A stretch of DNA of 64,000 nucleotides from Deltaproteobacteria bacterium (GTDB taxonomy: Bacteria; SAR324; NAC60-12), in contig JAYOTF010000004.1 in NCBI GenBank assembly GCA_038150265.1, forward strand, positions 70,760-134,759, read 5' to 3'. The notes beneath the pieces are model-generated. The model saw only the letters and a program-made list of their open reading frames with translations, had not been told where the DNA came from and ran no database searches. Each line of letters starts with the position of its first letter. Position 1 is the first letter of the stretch. Shown here piece after piece: positions 29,354-37,665 of the stretch. Made by a program: the position numbers and the translations under genes.

Positions 29354-30286
29354 CTACAGGTTGACCTGAGCCTGCCCCTTGAGGGCAAGGAGCTCGCGGG
29401 CCTCGTCGGGCGTGGCCACTTCCAGCGAAAGGCGTTCCAGAATTTCCCGGATGCGCTGCACCTGCGCCGCATTGTTGGGCGCCAGCTGTCCCTTGCCCAG
29501 GTAGAGGCTGTCTTCGAGTCCCACCCGGACGCTTCCCCCCAGCGTTGCCGCGTTGGTGATCATGCCCATCTGGTGCCGTCCGGCGGCCAGCACAGAAAAC
29601 CGGTAGTGGTCGCCAAAGAGCTTGTCTGCGGTTTCCTTCATGTGCACCAGGTGCGCGGGATCGGGACCAATTCCTCCCAGGACTCCAAAGATGAACTGAA
29701 CAAACAGCGGCCCCTTCACCAGCCCTCGGTCCCAGAAGTGCTTGAGGTTGTAGAGGTGCCCCACGTCGTAGCACTCAAACTCGAAGCGCGCGCCTCGCTT
29801 CTCCCCCAGCTCATGGAGGATGAACTCGATGTCCTTGAAGGTATTCCGGAAGACAAAGTCACGGGTGTCTTCCAGAAACTGAGGCTCCCAGTCGTGCTTC
29901 CAGTCCTGAAAGCGCTCAAGCGCGGGAAAGAGTCCAAAGTTGATGGAGCCCATGTTGAGTGAGCACATTTCCGGACACACCTGCAACGGAGCCTGCAGGC
30001 GTTCCTCAACGGACATGTACTGCCCGCCGCCGGTGGTGATGTTAATGACCGCGTTGGTGTTCTGGTGAATGGTGGGCAGGAACTGCAGAAACACCTCCGG
30101 ATCGGGAGTGGGAGCCCCGTTTTCCGGATTGCGGGCATGCAGGTGCAGGATGGCGGCACCGGCCTCTGCTGCAGCAATGGCCTGCTCGGCAATCTCCTCC
30201 GGCGTCACCGGCAGGTGGGGGCTCATGCTGGGAGTGTGAATGGAGCCCGTGACCGCACAGGTGATGATGACTTTCTTTTGAGGCAT
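29354..30286 (-). CDS. Beta-keto acid cleavage enzyme (BKACE/DUF849, Kce family)
   Basis: IITCAVTG, AGAAILHLHAR, TTGG, SLNMGS, FEFECYD, VRVGLEDSLY. Confidence 0.92.
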   Translation of the reverse strand: MPQKKVIITCAVTGSIHTPSMSPHLPVTPEEIAEQAIAAAEAGAAILHLHARNPENGAPTPDPEVFLQFLPTIHQNTNAVINITTGGGQYMSVEERLQAPLQVCPEMCSLNMGSINFGLFPALERFQDWKHDWEPQFLEDTRDFVFRNTFKDIEFILHELGEKRGARFEFECYDVGHLYNLKHFWDRGLVKGPLFVQFIFGVLGGIGPDPAHLVHMKETADKLFGDHYRFSVLAAGRHQMGMITNAATLGGSVRVGLEDSLYLGKGQLAPNNAAQVQRIREILERLSLEVATPDEARELLALKGQAQVNL

Positions 30287-30301
30287 GAACAGGCTCCGCA
30301 A

Positions 30302-31651
30302 TCAAGAGGTGGGCAACGCGCGCTCTTCGGCAAAGCGCAGGAGCGTCCGGTGCAGTTTGTCGAGCAGCTCCCCCACCTCCGCATCGCTGATGCAGAGCGG
30401 TGGGCAGACCATCAGGTGGTCTCCGGAGTATCCTCCGCGAGTGCGACGTGAGTAGAGGATCAGCTGCTCCTCATAGGCCAGTTCCACCACCCGAGCGTGG
30501 GCATTCCACTCCGGAGGCAGCACCTCCCAGGTTTCCGGGTTGGCCACCAGCTCAAACGCCAGCAGCAGGCCCTTGCCCCGCACATCTCCGATGAAGGGAA
30601 AGCGCTGCTGAAGCGCCAGCAGGCCTTCCCGGAGTTGAGCGCCCTGCTGCGTGGCCTGGGCCATCAGGTTTTCTTCCAGCATGACCTCCAGAACGGCTTT
30701 TCCGGCAGCACAGGCCAGTGGGTTGCCCGCGTAGGTGTAGCCATGCATGAAGCCCCCATCGTCCAGCACGTCCTCAACACAGTCCTCTCGGGCAACGACC
30801 GCTCCCAGCGGGCAGTACCCTGCCGCGAGCCCCTTGGCCAGGGCCACCAGATCGGCTTGCACGCCCCAGTGTGAGAGCCCGAGGTACTCGCCCGTCCGGC
30901 CTGCTCCGCACAGGACCTCGTCTGCAATCAGGAAGAGGCCATACTTATCACAGATTTCCCGGACTCGGGGGTAGTACGATTCCGGAGCCACCAGCGCCCC
31001 GGTGGTCGCGCCACCGACGGGCTCAGCGAGGAAGGCCAGCACGGTCTCTGGGCCCTGGGCCTGAATTTCCTGCTCCAGCAGATTCGCGTAACGGAGCCCC
31101 CGCTCTTCCCAGCTCAGGTCGTCCTGATCTCGATAGGCCGTTGGCGCCGGAATCTGCGGCATGCGCTGGTACATCGGTGTGAAGGGGTCGTTCAGTGGTC
31201 CATAACTGGTTGCCCCCAGGAGGCCCAGGGTGCAGCCATGATAAGACGGACTGAGGGAGATCACCTTGTAACGGCTGCCTTGCCCCCGGGCCAGGGCGAT
31301 CTGCCGAGCCAGTTTGAGGCAGGACTCAACCGTCTCTGAGCCTCCGGAGGCAAAGAAGACGCGGTTGAGGGCAGGAGGCATGACGGCAGAGAGCTGTTCC
31401 GCAAACTCTTCCGCGGCATCATTCTCAAAGTGGAGCCGGTAGGCAAAGGCGGCTTCACGGAGTTGAGCCTCCATGGCGGCAATGACCTTCGGGTGACTGT
31501 GCCCAATGTTGGAGACCATTGCCCCGGAGGAGCCGTCGAGGTAGCGGTTTCCCGCCTGATCCCAGAGGTAGACGCCTTGGGAGCGGGAGACACGGGGCTT
31601 GTGGTTGCGGGATTGATAAAACAGGTGGGACGTCTTCAGAGACGAAGACAT
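30302..31651 (-). CDS. Class-III PLP-dependent aminotransferase
   Basis: YLDGSSGA, SGGSE, SYHG, AEPVGG, LIADEVLCGAGRTG, LAKGLAAGY, HGYTY. GGAGG RBS. Confidence 0.92.
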   Translation of the reverse strand: MSSSLKTSHLFYQSRNHKPRVSRSQGVYLWDQAGNRYLDGSSGAMVSNIGHSHPKVIAAMEAQLREAAFAYRLHFENDAAEEFAEQLSAVMPPALNRVFFASGGSETVESCLKLARQIALARGQGSRYKVISLSPSYHGCTLGLLGATSYGPLNDPFTPMYQRMPQIPAPTAYRDQDDLSWEERGLRYANLLEQEIQAQGPETVLAFLAEPVGGATTGALVAPESYYPRVREICDKYGLFLIADEVLCGAGRTGEYLGLSHWGVQADLVALAKGLAAGYCPLGAVVAREDCVEDVLDDGGFMHGYTYAGNPLACAAGKAVLEVMLEENLMAQATQQGAQLREGLLALQQRFPFIGDVRGKGLLLAFELVANPETWEVLPPEWNAHARVVELAYEEQLILYSRRTRGGYSGDHLMVCPPLCISDAEVGELLDKLHRTLLRFAEERALPTS

Positions 31652-31685
31652 GGGGACCTCCAGTAGGAGAAAGGTGTTTAGCGAA

Positions 31686-32417
31686 TCAATCCCCGACCCA
31701 GAATGCCTGCTCCAGATCGGTGAAGTCAGAAGCGGGACCTTCAAATTTATTGCGCCCAAGCTCAAGGACGTAGACGTAATCGGCAATCTTGAGCGCATGC
31801 CGGATTTCCTGATCCACGAGCAGGATCGTCAGCTGATCCTCTGTGGCCAGCATCTTCAGCATGTCATAGACTTCCTCAGCGAGCATCTTCGAAAGCCCGG
31901 CAGTGGGCTCATCCACAAGCAGCACCTTCGGATCGGCCATGAGCGTGCGGCTGATCTCCACCATGCGCTGCTGTCCGCCCGAAAGCTCGCCGGTCACCTG
32001 ACGGCGCTTCTCCTTGAGGATGGGAAAGCGTTCGTAGTTGATCTCGATCTTTTCCCGAACCTGCTTCTTGTCACTCCGGAAGGTCCAGCCTCCGAGCTCC
32101 AGGTTCTCCTCAACGGTCATGTCCTTGAAGACCCCTGGTTGCTGCGGAATGTACGCCAGCCCCTTGAGGATGCGCTGATGGGTGGGAACGTCCAAGATGC
32201 TTTCACCGTCCAGGAGGATCTCTCCGCCGTTGGGGCGCAGGAAGCCGAAGGCAGCCTTGAGGGCCGTGGACTTGCCCACTCCGTTGGCTCCGAGGATGGT
32301 GGTGATGCTCCGGGGACGGGCCACGACGCTGAGATCCTGGAGGATGTTCAGGTCGCGGTAGTATCCCACGTAAAGGTTCTGGATTTCAAGAACAGCGTCA
32401 ACGGTGCGTTGCATCAC
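31686..32417 (-). CDS. HAAT (Liv-type) ABC transporter ATP-binding subunit, LivF-like
   Basis: GANGVGKST, LSGGQQRM, LLVDEPTAGL. Confidence 0.92.
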   Translation of the reverse strand: MMQRTVDAVLEIQNLYVGYYRDLNILQDLSVVARPRSITTILGANGVGKSTALKAAFGFLRPNGGEILLDGESILDVPTHQRILKGLAYIPQQPGVFKDMTVEENLELGGWTFRSDKKQVREKIEINYERFPILKEKRRQVTGELSGGQQRMVEISRTLMADPKVLLVDEPTAGLSKMLAEEVYDMLKMLATEDQLTILLVDQEIRHALKIADYVYVLELGRNKFEGPASDFTDLEQAFWVGD

Positions 32418-33187
32418 TCCTGTGTTGGCGAAGAGGTGGAAGAGCGGGACGCGGCAGGCTCATCGTCCTCGTCGCTGCCGAGGTAGGCCTCAATGACGGC
32501 CGGATCCTTCTTGACGTCCTCCGGGGTTCCATCGGCGATCAGGTCTCCGTAATTCAGCACCAGCAACCGGTTGCACAAGGAAAAGATCGAGTCCATCTGG
32601 TGGCTGATCAGAATGATCGCCTTGCCTGCGTCATTCACACGCCGGATGTACCCGTAGATGACCTCCATGAGCTTGGGGTGCACCCCGGCAAAGGGCTCAT
32701 CGAGGATGATGATGTCCGGATCCAGCATCAGCAGGCGTCCCAGCTCCAGGAGCTTCTGCTGCCCCCCGGAGAGGGCCTGCGCGTACTCGTTGCGCAGGTG
32801 GTCAATCGTCAGGAACTCCAGCACCTCCATCGCCTTGGGCAGCACCTCGTCCTTTCCCACCGTGAGGTCCTTGGCCAAGGCTGGAACGTAGAGGTTCTCC
32901 AGCACCGTCATCCTCCGGAAGGAGCGAGTCACCTGAAAGGTCCGGCCGAGTCCGGCTCGGGCGACTTCAAACGGGGCCAGCTGGTCAATGCGTTCGCCAT
33001 TGAGGTACACGGTCCCGCTACTGGGCTTGATGGCCCCGTCGAGGATGTTGGTCAGGGTCGTCTTCCCCGCACCGTTCGGACCAATCAGGCCAATCATTTC
33101 CGGGCCCTTGACGTCGAAGGAGACGCCCTTGAGGACATTGAGGCCGCCGAAGCGCTTCTTTAGGTTTTTGACCGAAAGTTCAATCAT
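32414..33187 (-). CDS. HAAT ABC transporter ATP-binding subunit, LivG-like
   Basis: GPNGAGKTT, GRTFQ, LSGGQQK, LDEPFAG, VIEAYLG. Confidence 0.92.
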   Translation of the reverse strand: MIELSVKNLKKRFGGLNVLKGVSFDVKGPEMIGLIGPNGAGKTTLTNILDGAIKPSSGTVYLNGERIDQLAPFEVARAGLGRTFQVTRSFRRMTVLENLYVPALAKDLTVGKDEVLPKAMEVLEFLTIDHLRNEYAQALSGGQQKLLELGRLLMLDPDIIILDEPFAGVHPKLMEVIYGYIRRVNDAGKAIILISHQMDSIFSLCNRLLVLNYGDLIADGTPEDVKKDPAVIEAYLGSDEDDEPAASRSSTSSPTQE

Positions 33188-34398
33188 GACGGCACCGAAG
33201 TCGACGAGGTGTCCCGCTGTCGCTTGGCAACGGTTTCCGAGGCCACATGCGCTCGGGTGAAGTACTCAATGATGGGCGTGATGAGTCCGTTCCGGTAGAA
33301 GCGCAGGGTGACCATCAGCAGCACTCCGAAGAACACCAGCCGCCAGAGCGTCATGTCGATTTCCACGCCGCCAATGACAAAGCTGTTCCGGAGCATCTCC
33401 AGGATGAACTCAATGATGATCGCCCCAATGGCCGCTGCCGCAAAGTTTTCCAGCCCGCCAATGACGGCCATGGCCACCACGAGGCTCATTTGCAGGATGA
33501 TGAGGTTGTTGGGCGTGATGATGCCAATGTAGTGGGCCTGCACGGCGCCCGCCAGGGCCGCCATCATGGAGGTGATCACAAAGACCAGAATCTTGTACCG
33601 GATCGTGTTGATGCCCAGCGCCGCGGCGGCGTCTTCATCTTCCCGGAGGGCCCGGACAAACAGGCCAAACCGCGAATGGGCGAGCCACGCCAGCACCCCC
33701 AGGCACGCCAGGAGCAAGAAGAACATCACAAAGTAGGGCGGAATCTTGTCTGTCTGGCTGAACTCATGCCCAAACCAGGTGACGCCCCCTTCAAACAGCT
33801 GCGGCAGTTCAATGCCGGCTTGCCCCCGGGTGATGTCGATCTCGGCGCTGATGGCCGCCCGGAGGATTTCGGAGAAGCCCAGGGTAAACAGCGCCAGATA
33901 CGCCGCGCGCAAGCGGAGCACGAGCAAACCGATCAGCAGGCCAAACAGGCCTCCGATCACCGTGCCCAGGAGGATGCCCAACCAGAGGGGCATCGTCGTG
34001 ATCTCCACCGTTCCCCCCCACGCGTCCATGGCCTTGGTCAGGCAGTCCTGCGCCAGGGTGCTGGACGTCACCCCCACCGCATCCTTGATGATGAGGTACT
34101 GGTCGCCAAACGCGTACTCGGTGCAGAGGTTCGTCGGCTCCGGAGACAGGAAGAAGTAGTTGCTGAACAGCGCCGTTCCGTACGCCCCCAGCCCCATGAA
34201 CCCCATGTGCCCAAAGGAAAACTGCCCACCGTATCCGGCCAGCATCGACCAGCTGGACGCCAGAATGGCGTAAAAGAAGCCGGTGATGCAGATGTGCATG
34301 ATGTAGTCATAGTCCCGCCCCCCATACATGAAGGGGAAGAGGAAGAAAAAGGCAACCAGGCCGATGCTGATCAACCAGAGCGTTTGCTGTCGGGTCAT
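33184..34398 (-). CDS. HAAT ABC transporter permease, LivM-like
   Basis: GYGGQFSFGH..F.GLGAY, LRLRAAYLALFTLGFSE, ALREDEDAAAALGI. Confidence 0.92.
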   Translation of the reverse strand: MTRQQTLWLISIGLVAFFFLFPFMYGGRDYDYIMHICITGFFYAILASSWSMLAGYGGQFSFGHMGFMGLGAYGTALFSNYFFLSPEPTNLCTEYAFGDQYLIIKDAVGVTSSTLAQDCLTKAMDAWGGTVEITTMPLWLGILLGTVIGGLFGLLIGLLVLRLRAAYLALFTLGFSEILRAAISAEIDITRGQAGIELPQLFEGGVTWFGHEFSQTDKIPPYFVMFFLLLACLGVLAWLAHSRFGLFVRALREDEDAAAALGINTIRYKILVFVITSMMAALAGAVQAHYIGIITPNNLIILQMSLVVAMAVIGGLENFAAAAIGAIIIEFILEMLRNSFVIGGVEIDMTLWRLVFFGVLLMVTLRFYRNGLITPIIEYFTRAHVASETVAKRQRDTSSTSVPS

Positions 34399-35663
34399 AC
34401 TTTTCCGTGCGTTCCGCTGGCAAAACGACGTCCCATCAGACCGGTAGGACGCAGCAGCAGGGTCAGGGTCAGGACGATCATGCCATAGGCAGGAATGTAG
34501 GAAGACGCTTTCTGGGGGTCCGGAATGCAGCCGGTGCCCGCGGCCTCAACGAGTCCAATGATGATGCCGCCGAGGAAGGCGCCGGGCAACGAGCCCAGGC
34601 CACCGAGGACCACAATCACGAATGAGCGCATCGCCGGGATCATTCCCACTTGAGGCAACCACGAGAACGCCTGCACGAGGGTGGCGCCAGAGAGGCCGGC
34701 GATCATCCCGCCCATGGCAAAGGCCAGCATGTTCATCCGGTGCGGGTTGATGCCCGCAATCGCAGCCGCTTCTCGGTCCTGACTCACGGCCCGCAGGGCC
34801 TTTCCCGTCCAGGTCTTGTAGAGGAAGAAGAGCAGCGCCAGCAGCACCAGGATGGAGATGACGGCGGCAATGAAGCGTGGGTTGGAGATCGAGATCGTGT
34901 CAAAGAGTTCCATGTTCCCCCGGCTGGTCTTCAGCAGCCACGGGTCTTCCTTCGAGGGCAGACGCAGGCGCGGAAAGTCCACAAAGCGCCGGGCCTTGAC
35001 CGGGTTGGAGCCGGCCACGGCCTGCACAAAGTACTGCAGCGTGAAGGCCAGTCCGAAGGTGACCAGAATCCCGTACTCCACCGGGCGCTCAATGCGTCCA
35101 TCGTACATGGGCGTCAGGAAGAGGCGCTCAAACAGGGCTCCCAGCATGAAGGTGCCCGCGCAGGCGATGATGATCGCCAGGAAGGGAGAGAGGCCGGGAA
35201 TCCAGACGACAGAGACATAATAGGTGAGCATGCCCCCGATCATGTAAAACTCGCCGTGGGAGAAACTGACGATGCCTAAAATCGAGAAAATCAGGGTCAG
35301 GCCCAGGGCCATCAATCCGTAGATGATGCCAATGATCAGGCCATTGGTAAACTGGGAGAGGACGAATGAGCCGTTGGCCACGCAGTTGTTCTGCGGGTCA
35401 GCCATCGCAAAAGCCACCATCAGGATCCCCACAATCATCAGGGACGGGATGGCAATCAGGCGGGTTGAGCTTTCCGGAGTCTTCTGCCAGAGCGGGACCA
35501 GCCCAATGGGTCCAAGCGCCGCGCCGATCAGCGACCCCATGAGCACAGCATTGGACGTGTCGAGGTCCTTCCTGAGGTAGATCCGACGCGTTCCATAGCT
35601 TCCTACAACTCCCCAAAACACAAGCCAGAGGGTTGTCCACCAGAAGATGGAAGAGTATTCCAT
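34395..35663 (-). CDS. HAAT ABC transporter permease, LivH-like, with an N-terminal membrane extension
   Basis: YGLMALGLTLIFSILGIVSFSHGEFYM, GKALRAVSQDREAA, VVLGGLGS, RPTGLMG. Confidence 0.9.
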   Translation of the reverse strand: MEYSSIFWWTTLWLVFWGVVGSYGTRRIYLRKDLDTSNAVLMGSLIGAALGPIGLVPLWQKTPESSTRLIAIPSLMIVGILMVAFAMADPQNNCVANGSFVLSQFTNGLIIGIIYGLMALGLTLIFSILGIVSFSHGEFYMIGGMLTYYVSVVWIPGLSPFLAIIIACAGTFMLGALFERLFLTPMYDGRIERPVEYGILVTFGLAFTLQYFVQAVAGSNPVKARRFVDFPRLRLPSKEDPWLLKTSRGNMELFDTISISNPRFIAAVISILVLLALLFFLYKTWTGKALRAVSQDREAAAIAGINPHRMNMLAFAMGGMIAGLSGATLVQAFSWLPQVGMIPAMRSFVIVVLGGLGSLPGAFLGGIIIGLVEAAGTGCIPDPQKASSYIPAYGMIVLTLTLLLRPTGLMGRRFASGTHGKV

Positions 35664-35747
35664 TGCACCAATACGTGAGGAGTGATGGGAAGGGAAGTAG
35701 CAGGACAGGAGCGTGGCAACTCCAGGAGCCACCACGCCGAACGATCC

Positions 35748-36989
35748 TTAATCGACGTACTTGGGCTCGCCCGTTTTGTACGCGTCCGGATAGACAATGG
35801 TCATGCCGCTGGAGGCCTCACCTTCCACCTGGTACTGGACCATGGTGATGGCGACGTCGGGCCACTGGTGCCACCACTCGTCCCCCTTGCCGTCAGCAGA
35901 CGGATCCTTTTGGGTGCCATACGGGAAGTAGATGCGACCCAGCACCCCTTCGTAGGAGACGTTTTCCAACGCCTTCACAATGGCATCTCCGTTGGTGGAG
36001 CCGGCGTCGTTGATGGCTTGGGCCAGCACGCCCACCGAGTCGTAAGCTTCCAGTGCGTAGCTCTCCACCCCCGTCTTGCCGGTCTGGGACTTGTAGTCCG
36101 CGGCAAACTTCTTGGCGCGGGCGTTGTACATGCTTTCCGGAATGCCGATCCGGGCCATGAACGCCATGTTGCCGTCTGGGACGTTTTCCCACCAGGCCTT
36201 ACTTTCAAGGCCCGCCTGGTTCGCGTGGAACTTGATGTCCATCGGTCCAATGCCGGCATCCGCCGCCTGCTGCGTGAAGTTGTAGCCGGCTTCTCCGGTC
36301 AGGAGCACGATCACGTAGTCCGGATCCTCCGCCTTCACCCGCTCCACGATTCCCGCAAAGTCCTGGGTGCCGATGTCCACACCAAAGGTGACCGACTCAA
36401 TCCCGCGGCCGCCCAGTCCCTGCTCGCACTCCTTCGCAGCAGGAATGCCGTAGTCGGTATTTTCGGTCACGATCGTCACCTTCTTCACACCCGGGGCCTG
36501 TGCCGCAAACTGCCAGATCACTCCAGATGCCCAGGAGCTCAGAGGGGCAATGCGGAAGATGTACTTCTGCTTGTCCCCGGTGATGGTGTCGTTCCAGGTC
36601 TCAGCAAAAACCACGGGAATGCCTCGGGCGTTGGCCACATCCTTCGAGGCCACGCCAACGGAGCTGTGGTAGCCCCCGGCAACGCCAATCACCCCTTCTT
36701 GCGTGATCAGCTTTTCCATCATGGCGGTCGCCTTCTCGGGCAGCCCTTCGGTGTCGGTCATCACCACCTTCAGGTCGCACCCCAGCACGCCTCCAGCTGC
36801 GTTGATGTCTCGCTCAGCCAGCATCATGGCGTCTCGCATGGCTTCCCCTCCGGTCACCGATCCCGGAGCCGAAAGAGGCGCCAGGCCGCCGATCTTGTGA
36901 ACACAATCTGCCGCCCAGGTCGGGGCAAAAGAGACCAGGCTGAACGAGGCTGCCAGCAGCCATCGAAAGGCACGGTTCTTATTCCTCAT
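35748..36989 (-). CDS. HAAT ABC transporter substrate-binding protein (LivK-like)
   Basis: Signal peptide; IGGLAPLSAPG, INAAGGVLG, GGYHSSV, FRIAP, AYDSV. AAAGGAG RBS. Confidence 0.9.
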   Translation of the reverse strand: MRNKNRAFRWLLAASFSLVSFAPTWAADCVHKIGGLAPLSAPGSVTGGEAMRDAMMLAERDINAAGGVLGCDLKVVMTDTEGLPEKATAMMEKLITQEGVIGVAGGYHSSVGVASKDVANARGIPVVFAETWNDTITGDKQKYIFRIAPLSSWASGVIWQFAAQAPGVKKVTIVTENTDYGIPAAKECEQGLGGRGIESVTFGVDIGTQDFAGIVERVKAEDPDYVIVLLTGEAGYNFTQQAADAGIGPMDIKFHANQAGLESKAWWENVPDGNMAFMARIGIPESMYNARAKKFAADYKSQTGKTGVESYALEAYDSVGVLAQAINDAGSTNGDAIVKALENVSYEGVLGRIYFPYGTQKDPSADGKGDEWWHQWPDVAITMVQYQVEGEASSGMTIVYPDAYKTGEPKYVD

Positions 36990-37236
36990 AAGATGCTCCT
37001 TTACATGAATTAGCGATCAGGGGGCTTCTCCGGACGCGTCCACGCCCGAGTGAAGAAGCAACACACCCGAATGAACCAGAACGGACTTCCGGGTAGCTCA
37101 AAAAGTGACAGCGGAAGGTTTCGTTTCATTCGAAGGGCACCACCTTAGGCAGATCCCCCCTGGCACGCTATTACATTTGCGACACAATTTTGTATCTTTC
37201 CCCAAATTTCAGAGAAAATTTCCCGACCCTTTACGT

Positions 37237-37249
37237 TAAATTACTGATT
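37237..37249 (-). promoter_or_regulatory. Possible IHF-binding site in an AT-rich divergent promoter region
   Basis: Minus strand AATCAG-taat-TTA matches WATCAR-N4-TTR. Confidence 0.3.
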
Positions 37250-37428
37250 TGTTTTACAGAACAATCGCTGCATCCTTCCCCCCGTGTCAGGAATCGGGCC
37301 CAAAAATATTTTTTTGAGCAATCCGCTCAAGTTTTCCGGAGCGGTGCCGATAAGGGAGCTAAGGTTTTCTGCAGTTGGGGCACGGACGCCCCGGCTGGTT
37401 TTTGGAACGTCCTCAAGAGGAGACGATC

Positions 37429-37626
37429 ATGTACCTGCAAAATCTCGACGCCGCCCTGCAAAGCCAAGTGCAGTCCAAGGATTTTGAACAGCGCGTCAAC
37501 CGCGCCGTCCAGTCCTTCCTCTATGATCTGGATTTCATGATGATGGAGGAACAGCACACGGGAACGCGGGCCAAGTTCTCATTTGAGCGCCCGGTGACCA
37601 CCGCGGATTGGCTGATTCCCGCCTAA
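37429..37626 (+). CDS. Small hypothetical protein (65 aa)
   Basis: Strong RBS AAGAGGAG upstream of ATG 37429; GC3-type codons; followed by a hairpin. Confidence 0.65.
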   Translation: MYLQNLDAALQSQVQSKDFEQRVNRAVQSFLYDLDFMMMEEQHTGTRAKFSFERPVTTADWLIPA

Positions 37627-37636
37627 GGTGGGGGGT

Positions 37637-37665
37637 TCCGCTCCTGAGGACGCCTCAGGAGTGGA
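37637..37665. terminator. Hairpin between convergent genes
   Basis: TCCGCTCCTGAGG-acg-CCTCAGGAGTGGA forms a 13-bp stem. Confidence 0.55.

Noticed and set aside
37161..37176. Sigma-54 promoter at TGGCACGCTATTACA
   Set aside because: The -24 element matches, but the required GC at -12 is absent at the correct spacing.
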